Assembly: GCA_028719265.1 (NCBI GenBank)
Contig: JAQUKF010000002.1
Span: 1-33,342 of the forward strand
DNA length: 33,342 nt
Source of the DNA: Candidatus Omnitrophota bacterium
GTDB lineage: Bacteria > Omnitrophota > Gorgyraeia > Gygaellales > Profunditerraquicolaceae
Reading direction: 5' to 3'
Shown here: positions 22,409 to 33,342 of the stretch, piece by piece
Layout: every line of letters begins with the position of its first letter
Numbering within the stretch: position 1 is the first letter of the stretch
Position numbers and translations under genes: made by a program
Notes under the pieces: generated by a model
Told to the model about the DNA's origin: nothing
What the model saw: only the letters and a program-made list of their open reading frames with translations
The model's database searches: none

Positions 22409-23617
22409 ATGTTCAACAGCATACCTGAAATAATCGAGGAATTAAAATCCGGGAAAATGGTTATCGTGGTAGATGACGAAGACCGCGAGAACGAGGGGGA
22501 CCTGGTAATGGGCGCCTCTTTCGTCAAACCCGAAGACATAAATTTTATGGCAAAATTCGGCCGCGGGCTGATTTGTGTGCCCATGGAAGAGGAGAGGCTG
22601 CGCCTGCTTGAGCTTGACCCGATGCTTAAAAACACTCTTCAAGCTAATGCCGAAGATCCCTTCAAGACCGCCTGGATGATCTCCGTAGATGCCGCCAAGG
22701 GTATCACTACGGGCATATCCGCTTATGACCGCGCCAGGGCAATAGAGGTATTGATCGACGAAAAGAGCCGTCCTGAAGACCTGGTGCGCCCCGGACATAT
22801 TTTTCCTCTGCGCTGCCGCCGCGGCGGGGTACTGGTCAGGGCGGGTCATACCGAGGCGACCCTGGATTTAATGCGCCTGGCAGGACTTTATCCGGCGGGA
22901 GTGATCTGCGAGATAATGAATGACGACGGCTCTATGGCCCGCCTGCCGCATCTTCTTGATTTTTCCGCCAGGCACTCTTTAAAGATCTGCACTATTGCCA
23001 GCCTCATTGAATACCGGCGCAAGAAAGAAAAACTGGTTGAGAAGATAGTGGAGACCAAGCTGCCTACCAGGTTCGGGGAGTTCAGGTTGACCGTTTACCG
23101 CGACAAAACGAGCGGCCAGATACATCTTGCGCTTTGCATGGGCAGTTGGCTGGATGAAGCGGTATTGGTAAGGGTTCATTCGGAGTGCCTGACGGGAGAC
23201 GTCTTCGGTTCGCTGCGCTGCGATTGCGGCAAGCAGCTGGAAAAGGCCATGCAGGCTATATCTATTGAAAAAAAAGGAATCGTCCTTTACATGAACCAGG
23301 AAGGCAGGGGGATAGGGCTGGTGGAGAAACTGCGCGCTTATAATCTTCAGGATAAGGGGATGGATACGGTTGAGGCAAATGAGGCCCTGGGACATAAAGC
23401 CGACCTGCGCGATTACGGGATCGGCGCTCAGATACTGGTGGATTTAGGCGTAAGACAGATAAGGCTGTTGACCAATAACCCGCGCAAGATCGTGGGGCTT
23501 GAGGGTTATGGCCTTAGGGTCGTTGAACGCCTGCCTTTGGAAATTACGCCTACCGCGCAGAATTACAGGTATCTTAAGACGAAGAAAGAGAAGATGGGAC
23601 ACCAGATAGACATATAA
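22409..23617 (+). CDS. ribBA: Bifunctional 3,4-dihydroxy-2-butanone-4-phosphate synthase / GTP cyclohydrolase II
   Basis: DDEDRENEGDL and GHTEA (DHBP synthase). HSECLTGDVFGSLRCDCG and EGRGIGL (GCH II). Confidence 0.95.
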   Translation: MFNSIPEIIEELKSGKMVIVVDDEDRENEGDLVMGASFVKPEDINFMAKFGRGLICVPMEEERLRLLELDPMLKNTLQANAEDPFKTAWMISVDAAKGITTGISAYDRARAIEVLIDEKSRPEDLVRPGHIFPLRCRRGGVLVRAGHTEATLDLMRLAGLYPAGVICEIMNDDGSMARLPHLLDFSARHSLKICTIASLIEYRRKKEKLVEKIVETKLPTRFGEFRLTVYRDKTSGQIHLALCMGSWLDEAVLVRVHSECLTGDVFGSLRCDCGKQLEKAMQAISIEKKGIVLYMNQEGRGIGLVEKLRAYNLQDKGMDTVEANEALGHKADLRDYGIGAQILVDLGVRQIRLLTNNPRKIVGLEGYGLRVVERLPLEITPTAQNYRYLKTKKEKMGHQIDI

Positions 23618-23717
23618 AGAGTATGATAGTATATAGTAGTTAGCGGGTGGCAGTCAGGGAGAATTAAAACCAGAAGCAGGATAAAAGCAGGAAAACAAAA
23701 GGGAAGGAGACTGTAAA

Positions 23718-24185
23718 ATGGTTAAAGTGATTGAGGGGAACTTATTGGCAAAGGGAAAATCTTTCGGGTTGATCGCTTCACGTTTCAATGATTTTATGAC
23801 CAAGGAACTGGTAAGCGGGTGCATTGATACATTGACAAGACACGGAGCGGATGATAAAAATATCAGCGTAGCCTGGGTGCCCGGGGCGTTCGAGATCTCG
23901 GTTATCGCGCAGAAGATGGCCAAGTCCAAGTCTTTTGACGCCCTGATCTGCCTGGGCACGGTTATCCGCGGAGCTACGCCGCACTTCGATTATATCGCCT
24001 CCGAAGCGGCAAAAGGAGTGGCTAAGGTTTCCCTGGACAGCGGTGTGCCGGTTATTTTCGGCATAATTACCGCCGACAGTATTGAACAGGCAGTGGAGCG
24101 TTCAGGCTCAAAGGACGGAAATAAGGGGCGGGACGCGGCGCTTTCAGCCATTGAGATGGTGAACCTGGCGGCACAGCTAAAATAA
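23718..24185 (+). CDS. ribH: 6,7-dimethyl-8-ribityllumazine synthase
   Basis: 155 aa. [37 protein letters not shown]. Confidence 0.95.
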   Translation: MVKVIEGNLLAKGKSFGLIASRFNDFMTKELVSGCIDTLTRHGADDKNISVAWVPGAFEISVIAQKMAKSKSFDALICLGTVIRGATPHFDYIASEAAKGVAKVSLDSGVPVIFGIITADSIEQAVERSGSKDGNKGRDAALSAIEMVNLAAQLK

Positions 24186-24192
24186 TAAAACC

Positions 24193-24609
24193 ATGCGTAA
24201 ACGTACCAAGGCCCGTGAATATGTATTGCAAATGCTCTATCAGGCGGATATTACCCGCGGCAGCTGGCAGGATATACTAAGAAATTTCTGGGAGTCCGGC
24301 GAACAGGCGCAGGCTTCGCTTGAGCTTAAAGATTTCTCCGCGCAGCTTTTGGGCGGGGTGGTAGAGCATATAGAGGAAATAGACAAAAAGATCAGCAGGT
24401 ATGCGTCGAACTGGCAGCTTGACCGTATGGCATTCGTTGACCGCAATATTATGCGTCTGGGTTGTTTTGAGCTTATCTTCCGCGGAGATATCCCGCCGAA
24501 AGTTGCTATAAACGAGGCGGTTGAGCTGGCCAAGAAATATTCCGGTTCCGAGTCCGGCAAGTTTGTCAATGCCATACTGGATCAAATAAAAATAGAGAAA
24601 GGAAAATGA
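24193..24609 (+). CDS. nusB: Transcription antitermination factor NusB
   Basis: 138 aa. RTKAREYVLQMLYQ...W.LDRM..VDRNI.RLG..EL...DIP.KV.INEAVELAK. Confidence 0.93.
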   Translation: MRKRTKAREYVLQMLYQADITRGSWQDILRNFWESGEQAQASLELKDFSAQLLGGVVEHIEEIDKKISRYASNWQLDRMAFVDRNIMRLGCFELIFRGDIPPKVAINEAVELAKKYSGSESGKFVNAILDQIKIEKGK

Positions 24610-24669
24610 CCCGGGTTTTTCTTGTTTTAGCCTGATAAAAGGCCCATCCGGTCAGGAAGCTAATATATA

Positions 24670-25488
24670 ATGACTAAATACGCCGATTTGCATGTGCATA
24701 CTTCCGAGAGCGACGGTACGCTGTCTCCCAGGCAGCTGGTCACAGCGGCTCATTCCAGCGGGCTTTCGGCTATCGCCATAACCGATCATGATACGGTAGA
24801 GGGGATTCCCGAGGCGCTGGAGGCTTCAAGCAGTTTTGGGCTGGAGATCATCCCGGGCATTGAATTGACCGCCCAATACGAAAGACAGGAGGTCCATATA
24901 CTGGGATATTTCTTTGATTTCCGGAATGCAGAGCTGACCGAAAAGCTGAAGGTTATGCAGCAGAACAGGGTGGAGCGGGTGTATAAGATCGTAAAGAACT
25001 TGGAAGATCTGGATGTCAGGATTGACCCGCGGGACGTTTTCGATATTTCCGGCAAAGGCACCGTTGGCAGGATGCATATCGCCAAGGCGCTGGTAAAAAG
25101 AGGATGGGTTTCTACTACTGGCGAGGCCTTCTCCAGGTATATAGGGGATAAATCGCCGGCATATGTCCTGGGATTCAATCTTTCTCCGCAGGAGGCGATA
25201 AAATTGATCAGGCGCTCCGGAGGGGTAGCGGTTCTGGCCCATCCTTATTTACTGCGTAATGATGAACTGATCAGGGACCTGGCCGATTGCGGTTTAGGAG
25301 GAATAGAAGCTTATTACCCTGAACATTCGCAGTCCATGGTCAATTTTTATCTGGATTTGGCAAAGGAGCTCAAACTTCTGGTTACGGGGGGCTCGGATTT
25401 CCATGGGAGCGTAAAGCCTAATATAAAATTAGGCATGGTCAAGATTCCTATGGATATGGTAGATGATTTACGGCAGGTCAGGATATGA
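24670..25488 (+). CDS. PHP-domain phosphoesterase, TrpH/YciV (COG0613) type
   Basis: YADLHVHTSESDGTLSP...AIAITDHDT...GIELT...VHILGY...LAHP...GGSDFHG. These are the metal-ligand His/Asp motifs of the PHP fold. Confidence 0.85.
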   Translation: MTKYADLHVHTSESDGTLSPRQLVTAAHSSGLSAIAITDHDTVEGIPEALEASSSFGLEIIPGIELTAQYERQEVHILGYFFDFRNAELTEKLKVMQQNRVERVYKIVKNLEDLDVRIDPRDVFDISGKGTVGRMHIAKALVKRGWVSTTGEAFSRYIGDKSPAYVLGFNLSPQEAIKLIRRSGGVAVLAHPYLLRNDELIRDLADCGLGGIEAYYPEHSQSMVNFYLDLAKELKLLVTGGSDFHGSVKPNIKLGMVKIPMDMVDDLRQVRI

Positions 25489-26585
25489 TCAGGAAAGATG
25501 ACGAGTATTATATGGGGCTGGCCTTGAAGCTGGCCCTCAAGGCCAAAGGCAAGACTTCTCCCAATCCTCTGGTAGGGGCTTTAGTTGTAAAAAAGGGGAG
25601 GATTATAGGAAAGGGGTTTCATGCCAGGGCCGGACTGGCCCACGCGGAGATTATTGCCTTGGATCAGGCGGGGACCAAAGCCAAAGACGCGGTTCTGTAT
25701 GTTACGCTTGAGCCGTGTACGCATACGGGACTTACCCCCCCCTGCGTCAACCGGGTGATCCAAAGCGGCGTAAAAGAGGTGGTCGTGGGGATGATCGATC
25801 CCAACCCTTTGAATAACGGCAAGGGGATCCTGCTGCTCAAGCAGAACAATATTAGGGTAAAGGTGGGGGCTTTAAGCGGGCGGTTGAGGAAGATCAATGA
25901 AAGTTTCATAAAGTATATTTCTACAGGCATTCCTCTTGTCACGGTCAAGGTCGCCGAGTCTTTGGACGGCCGGATAGCTACTTTCACGGGCGAATCAAAA
26001 TGGATCACCTCGGATATCTCGCGCGTTTTCGCGCATAAGATCAGGAAGGATTATGACGCGATCATGGTGGGGGTCAATACCGTATTGCGGGATAATCCCC
26101 GGCTTAACGTGGAACCTTCCCAAAAGCAGCCGGTCAAGGTGATCATCGACAGCAACCTGAGCACGCCCGAGAACTCCGAGATATTCTCGGGAACAGGCAG
26201 GGTAATCATCGTTACTTTGCCCAGCCGTCCCGGACAGGAAACGGAGAACCGCAGACGGCTTTCCGCTAAAGCCACGATACTGGAGGTCAAGGAGAAGGGC
26301 GGGCAGATCAACCTGCGAGATGCGCTTAAGAAGCTCGCCCGCCTGAAGATCAGCAGTATTATCGTGGAGGGGGGCGGGACGCTTATCGGTTCTCTCTTTG
26401 ACGAGAGGCTGGTGGACAAGATAATGTTTTTCATCAGCCCCAAGATCATCGGCGGCAAGGACGCGGTTTCATCGGTGATGGGCAAGGGAGTGAGGCGCCC
26501 TGAGCAGGCAATAAAACTGGAAGGCGTCAAGATACGGCATTTCGCGGAAGACATCCTTATCGAAGCGGATGTGAAATCAAGCTGA
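25485..26585 (+). CDS. ribD: Bifunctional riboflavin biosynthesis deaminase/reductase
   Basis: The deaminase domain has HAEIIAL and EPCTHTGLTPPC. The reductase domain has VTVKVAESLDGRIA...GG. ATGA overlap with the PHP gene. Confidence 0.95.
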   Translation: MIRKDDEYYMGLALKLALKAKGKTSPNPLVGALVVKKGRIIGKGFHARAGLAHAEIIALDQAGTKAKDAVLYVTLEPCTHTGLTPPCVNRVIQSGVKEVVVGMIDPNPLNNGKGILLLKQNNIRVKVGALSGRLRKINESFIKYISTGIPLVTVKVAESLDGRIATFTGESKWITSDISRVFAHKIRKDYDAIMVGVNTVLRDNPRLNVEPSQKQPVKVIIDSNLSTPENSEIFSGTGRVIIVTLPSRPGQETENRRRLSAKATILEVKEKGGQINLRDALKKLARLKISSIIVEGGGTLIGSLFDERLVDKIMFFISPKIIGGKDAVSSVMGKGVRRPEQAIKLEGVKIRHFAEDILIEADVKSS

Positions 26586-26631
26586 AACATCCCGGATCAA
26601 GTCTGGACCCTTTAAGGCGGCAAACGTATAA

Positions 26632-27207
26632 ATGTTTACTGGAATAATTGAAGAATTAGGCAGGGTAAAAAGGCTGGCGCGTTCAGGAAGGCTTATGCTG
26701 CTTGAAGTCTCCTCTCGGGTATCCGTCCATGATGTTAAAGTCGGTGACAGTATAGCGGTCAACGGTGTATGCCTTACGGCGGTTTCGGCCAACGACGGCC
26801 TGCTTTCATTTGAGGTGATGGCCGAGACGTTCAGGAATACCAACCTTGGGCTGCTTAAGGCCGGGGAGCAGGTAAACCTTGAGCGCAGCCTTAAATTAGG
26901 GGACAGGATATCCGGGCATTTTGTAAGCGGCCATATCGACTGCCTCGGCCTGGTACGCCGCAAAACTATCAGGGACGGCAACCTGGTGTTTGAAGTCGCC
27001 ATCCCGGCAGGTTTTATCCGTTACTGCCTGCCCAAGGGGTCGGTGTCCCTGGACGGGATAAGCCTGACTTTAGCGGGGAGCCGTTCAAATGTTATCAGCG
27101 TCTGCGTCATTCCCCATACTTTTAATAATACAACCTTGAGTTTTAAGGGCGCGTCGTCTAAATTGAATGTGGAATTTGACATTCTCGCCAAAAGGTCCGC
27201 TCCCTGA
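26632..27207 (+). CDS. ribE: Riboflavin synthase
   Basis: MFTGIIEELG N-terminus, internally duplicated barrel (VNGVCLT / LDGISLT). Confidence 0.93.
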   Translation: MFTGIIEELGRVKRLARSGRLMLLEVSSRVSVHDVKVGDSIAVNGVCLTAVSANDGLLSFEVMAETFRNTNLGLLKAGEQVNLERSLKLGDRISGHFVSGHIDCLGLVRRKTIRDGNLVFEVAIPAGFIRYCLPKGSVSLDGISLTLAGSRSNVISVCVIPHTFNNTTLSFKGASSKLNVEFDILAKRSAP

Positions 27208-27218
27208 CCTTTCTCCTG

Positions 27219-27246
27219 TTGCTTAAATTCTAATTTTTGCTATACT
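27219..27246 (+). promoter_or_regulatory. Candidate promoter for tRNA-Pro
   Basis: TTGCTT (27219-27224), 16-nt spacer ending in TGC (extended -10), TATACT (27241-27246). The tRNA 5' end lies about 20 nt downstream of the expected start site. Confidence 0.55.
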
Positions 27247-27272
27247 TATATAATTACGGCTTTAATTTCCAA

Positions 27273-27347
27273 CGGGGCGTGGCTCAGTTTGGCTAGAGCG
27301 CAGCGTTCGGGACGCTGAGGTCACAGGTTCAAGTCCTGTCGCCCCGA
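27273..27347 (+). tRNA. tRNA-Pro, anticodon CGG, no encoded CCA
   Basis: Manual cloverleaf. Acceptor CGGGGCG/CGCCCCG with the C1:G72 pair typical of bacterial tRNA-Pro. D arm GCTC/GAGC. Anticodon arm CAGCG-TTCGGGA-CGCTG. T arm ACAGG-TTCAAGT-CCTGT. Discriminator A is followed by AAT. Confidence 0.93.
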
Positions 27348-27358
27348 AATAAATCCGG

Positions 27359-27405
27359 CTGTCTGGTGGCCTGCGTAAACGGTATGCGCGCAGGCCATCG
27401 GACAG
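27359..27405 (+). other. Long stable hairpin 12 nt after the tRNA 3' end
   Basis: 27359-27375 pairs with 27389-27405. That gives 17 bp including about 3 G-U pairs, with core GGCCTGCG/CGCAGGCC and a 13-nt loop. No U-tract follows. Confidence 0.5.
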
Positions 27406-27486
27406 GCGCTTGCGGCCAATTCCGTTACCTGCGGGCAGATTCAAGAGTATCCGCCGGACGGCTGGATAACGGGAGGAGAGGCCTGG

Positions 27487-30260
<2,774 letters not shown>

Positions 30261-30264
<4 letters not shown>

Positions 30265-30881
30265 TCTTTGAGACAGTAGGCGTAGGGCCGATGCAGGTGA
30301 ATTGTTATATTCTTGCCTGCGCGCAGGGCGGACAGGCCATAATTATTGACCCGGGGAGCCAGGCCAAGAAAATACAGGCTGTTTTGGAAAAACATCATTT
30401 GAGGGCCGGGATGGTGATCAATACCCACGGCCATTACGACCATATCGGGGCAGACGATAAATTCGGCGTTGCCGTATATGTGCACAGGCAGGATGCGGAG
30501 ATGCTTAAGGATGCCAAGAAGAACCTTTCCGGCGTTTTCTCCCTGCCTTGTAAGGTGTCTTCCGAGATCAAGTTCCTGGAGGATAAACAGATAATCAGCC
30601 TTGATTGCCTTGAACTTGAGGTCCTGCACCTTCCAGGTCATACCCCCGGAGGCATAGGGCTTCTGATGAGAAAGCCGGAGGAAGGGATACTTTTCAGCGG
30701 GGATACCTTATTTTGCCAGGGGGTGGGCCGTTATGACCTGCCGGGCGGCGACGGCGGCCTGCTTGGGAAATCGATCAATGATAGGTTGTTCACGCTGCCA
30801 GCCGGGACAAAGGTTTATCCCGGTCACGGCCCCGCGACAACTATCGGCAGGGAGAAGGACGGCAATTATTTTACAGAATAA
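30261..30881 (+). CDS. MBL-fold metallo-hydrolase (glyoxalase II-like)
   Basis: THGHYDHIG (H-x-H-x-D-H), a downstream HLPGHTPG and a C-terminal PGHG. Confidence 0.85.
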
Positions 30882-30903
30882 AGACGAAATTGTCTTTTTT
30901 TTT
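30880..30903 (+). terminator. Weak intrinsic terminator after the MBL gene
   Basis: AAAGAC (30880-30885) pairs with GTCTTT (30892-30897), loop GAAATT, then six more T. Only 2 GC pairs, so it is weak. Confidence 0.45.
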
Positions 30904-30958
30904 GCGGCATCCGATTATTAAAAGCGCCCGTTTTACGGATTGAATAAGAAGGAGCGGG

Positions 30959-31846
30959 ATGAAAGAGCTTATTGATTCCTTCCTGGATTACCTTACGGTA
31001 GAGCGGGGGTTGGCGAAGAATACCGTTGTCGCTTACCGCCAGGATTTAAACATCTATCTGGATTTCATGGAAAGGCGCGGCATAAGCGCGCTTTCCAGGA
31101 TATCCAAGAACGATATAGTTGAATTCATGCTTTTTGAAAAGGGGCAGGGGGTTTCTCCAAGAAGCATATCGCGCAGGCTGGCGGCGATACGCATGTTCCA
31201 CCGTTTCCTTTCAAGGGAGAGGATATTAAAGGACGACCCTACGAATTTGATCGATTCCCCGAAATTGTGGAAGAAGGTGCCGGACACGCTTTCGTTGAAC
31301 GAAGTTGAATCGTTGATCAGCCAGCCGGACGTACGGCTCAAGCAGGGGGCCAGGGATAAGGCGATCCTTGAGACGCTTTATGCTACCGGTATGCGCGTAT
31401 CCGAATGCACGGATCTTAAGGCGAATAACGTAAACCTGGATATCGGGTTCCTGCGCTGCGTAGGCAAGGGAAATAAAGAACGTGTCATACCGCTGGGCAA
31501 GAAGGCCATACACAGCATTAACAGATACCTGCAATCCAGCAGGCCGTATTTCTTAAAAGGCAGGAGCTCGGAGTTCCTTTTTGTCAACCGCTCCGGGGAT
31601 AAGCTCTCCCGGCAATCGGTCTGGAAGCTGATCACCCAATATGCCAAAGAAGCCGGGATCAAAAAACCGATAAAGGTGCATACCTTAAGGCATTCGTTTG
31701 CCACTCATTTGCTGGAGAGGGGAGCGGATTTGCGCTCCGTGCAGGAGATGCTCGGTCACTCCAATATTTCCACTACCCAGATTTATACGCACATAGACAA
31801 GGAGAGGCTTAAGACGATCCATAAGATGTTCCACCCCCGGCCGTAA
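30959..31846 (+). CDS. xerD: Tyrosine recombinase, XerD-like
   Basis: N-terminal FLDYLTVERGLAKNTVVAYRQDL. Catalytic HTLRHSFATHLLERGADLRSVQEMLGHSNISTTQIYTH. Ends ...HPRP. The XerC/XerD distinction was made by eye only. Confidence 0.8.
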   Translation: MKELIDSFLDYLTVERGLAKNTVVAYRQDLNIYLDFMERRGISALSRISKNDIVEFMLFEKGQGVSPRSISRRLAAIRMFHRFLSRERILKDDPTNLIDSPKLWKKVPDTLSLNEVESLISQPDVRLKQGARDKAILETLYATGMRVSECTDLKANNVNLDIGFLRCVGKGNKERVIPLGKKAIHSINRYLQSSRPYFLKGRSSEFLFVNRSGDKLSRQSVWKLITQYAKEAGIKKPIKVHTLRHSFATHLLERGADLRSVQEMLGHSNISTTQIYTHIDKERLKTIHKMFHPRP

Positions 31847-31867
31847 AGGCAGTATGCGGCATATAGA

Positions 31868-33205
31868 ATGCAGAAAAGAATGAAGACATATTTAGAAAAA
31901 TCTCCGCGGGAGATAAAACGGCTGATTTCGTCGGTGAAAGAGGTTTCCAGGGAAACTAAAATGCCGGCGTACCTGGTCGGGGGATTCCCCCGCGACCTTA
32001 TCCTGGGCGTCCGGGATTGGGACCTGGATATAACCGTGGAAGGTGATGGTATCGGGTTTGCCGAGAAGCTTGCCAAAAAACTGGATTCCAGGCTGGTAAG
32101 GCACGAGAGGTTCGGCACAGCTACCCTTATCCTCGGAGACAGGCTTAAGCTGGACGTGGCTACTACGCGTAAAGAGAGGTATCCTGCCTGTGCCTGCCTG
32201 CCGTTAGTATCATCCGGGAGTCTTGCGGAGGACCTTTTCCGCCGAGACTTTACGATCAATGCCATGGCAATTGCTCTTTCCGGAAAGAAGGGCTGGGAGT
32301 TGATCGATAAGTACCGGGGTAAAGAAGACCTGGCTTCAGGCAAGATCCGCGTTTTGCATAGATCGAGTTTTAAGGATGACCCTACGCGCATATTAAGGGG
32401 GATCCGTTTTATGCAGCGCTATAACTTTAAGATCGAGAAAGAAACCTTAGACCTATTGAAGGAGGCGGTAGCTTCAGGCTTGTTGCATAGGGTGCATCCT
32501 CACAGGATACGGGATGAGCTGGTGCTGATGCTTAAAGAGAAAGATCCTTCGGCGCAGGTCAAGAGGCTTCATGACTTGGCCGGTTTATCCTTTGTCAGCA
32601 GTAAGCTGAAGCCGGGAAGACAAACGTTTGGTTTATTTAAGTCCGTCAATAAACAGGTTTCCTGGTTTATGGAGAAATTACCCTGCTATGGCGATTTTGA
32701 GCCTTGGATAATTTATTTTGCGGCGCTTCTAAGGCCCTTGAGCCGCGAGGAAGCAAAGGAGATCATCCGCAAGCTTGGTTTTACGGCAACAGCAGCAAAG
32801 AAGATCCTTGGCTGCCGGCGGATAGGCAGCAAGCTGGTCAAGAGCCTGAAGAGAAGGGGTATAAAGCCCGCCCGGGTCTTTAGCCTACTCAAACCTTTGA
32901 GCCTGGAAGAGATCATTTTTCTGCGTTCTCTTTGGTCCGACAGCCTCTTCAGGAGGAATATTTCGGATTTTCTCGGGGTTTACAACCGCCTGCGCCTTTC
33001 GATCACGGGAGACGACCTATGCAGGATGGGTGTAATGCCGGGTCCGGGATTCCGGAAGATATTAAACAGGGTATTGGTCGCCAGGCTTGACGGTAAGGCT
33101 GGCGGCCGCCGGCAGGAGCTTGCCCTGGCCGGTAAAATAATAAGACAACTACAACAACGGAGTGGAGCCAGATGTCCAGACATGAGCGTGTCGCGTCAGC
33201 GATAA
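31868..33205 (+). CDS. cca: Class II tRNA nucleotidyltransferase (CCA-adding family)
   Basis: [22 protein letters not shown] and [10 protein letters not shown] motifs. CCA-adding, CC-adding or A-adding specificity cannot be told from sequence by eye. Confidence 0.8.
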   Translation: MQKRMKTYLEKSPREIKRLISSVKEVSRETKMPAYLVGGFPRDLILGVRDWDLDITVEGDGIGFAEKLAKKLDSRLVRHERFGTATLILGDRLKLDVATTRKERYPACACLPLVSSGSLAEDLFRRDFTINAMAIALSGKKGWELIDKYRGKEDLASGKIRVLHRSSFKDDPTRILRGIRFMQRYNFKIEKETLDLLKEAVASGLLHRVHPHRIRDELVLMLKEKDPSAQVKRLHDLAGLSFVSSKLKPGRQTFGLFKSVNKQVSWFMEKLPCYGDFEPWIIYFAALLRPLSREEAKEIIRKLGFTATAAKKILGCRRIGSKLVKSLKRRGIKPARVFSLLKPLSLEEIIFLRSLWSDSLFRRNISDFLGVYNRLRLSITGDDLCRMGVMPGPGFRKILNRVLVARLDGKAGGRRQELALAGKIIRQLQQRSGARCPDMSVSRQR

Positions 33206-33342
33206 AGAGAGAGGTGAGCCTGATAATTCATGATGAGCTTAAAGACCCGCGCATAGGTTTTGTTACCATAACCAAGGTGGAGTTAAGCCGGGATTTGAGG
33301 AACGCCAAGATATTTTACAGCGTGTTGGGAAAAGAGGAGGAG
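33171..33342 (+). CDS. rbfA: Ribosome-binding factor A, 3' end outside window
   Basis: Not in the ORF track because it is open at the window end. My translation from ATG 33171 is [57 protein letters not shown], a typical RbfA N-terminus. It overlaps the cca ORF by 35 nt. Confidence 0.85.

Noticed and set aside
22177-22428. 83-aa + strand ORF upstream of ribBA.
   Set aside because: It lies entirely over the FMN riboswitch, the terminator and the ribBA start. It has no SD and an implausible composition.
30959-31846. Tyrosine recombinase as an integrase marking a mobile island, possibly linked to tRNA-Pro at 27273.
   Set aside because: The sequence is the XerC/XerD housekeeping type. The flanking genes (ligA, MBL, cca, rbfA) are core genes. 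I saw no direct repeat of the tRNA 3' end, though my visual scan was not exhaustive.
33171-33205. 35-nt overlap between cca and rbfA as a possible recoding or fusion signal.
   Set aside because: The two genes are in different frames. The rbfA N-terminus is canonical from ATG 33171. The cca tail (…[15 protein letters not shown]) looks like an unconserved extension, so this is ordinary gene overlap.

Overview
This is a compact bacterial chromosomal segment. By my calls about 95% is genic, and every gene except two lies on the + strand. The lineage cannot be assigned without a database search. Core housekeeping genes dominate:
- rpsO-pnp-ftsK-rodZ-rimO
- pgsA-pgpA, with convergent thpR-cinA
- a riboflavin operon
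- ligA, xerD, cca, rbfA, plsC, and arfB-like and yciH genes

I saw no CRISPR array, transposase, phage genes or integrase-bounded island.

Features absent from the ORF track that I recovered by eye:
- an FMN riboswitch (22115-22290) with its own promoter and an intrinsic terminator upstream of ribBA
- tRNA-Pro(CGG) at 27273-27347, with no encoded CCA
- several near-consensus sigma70-type promoters
- a 5'-truncated beta-lactamase-like gene at nt 1
- a 3'-truncated rbfA at the window end

Several listed ORF starts are upstream over-extensions, and many long antisense ORFs are spurious.

I found no convincing new multi-gene system. The best hypotheses are:
1. A TrpH/YciV-type PHP phosphoesterase is translationally coupled to ribD inside the riboswitch-controlled rib operon. 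It is a candidate for the unassigned phosphatase step of riboflavin synthesis.
2. A terminator- and promoter-bounded four-gene unit encodes FHA/degenerate-kinase/13xTPR, SUI1, a long LOG protein and a UvrD-Cas4-like helicase-nuclease.

Smaller observations:
- a perfect 102-bp TPR duplication
- face-to-face divergent promoters with a probable leaderless cinA
- a 31% GC patch inside the helicase gene
- a convergent 40-nt CDS overlap
- an acetolactate decarboxylase homologue with a lipoprotein signal
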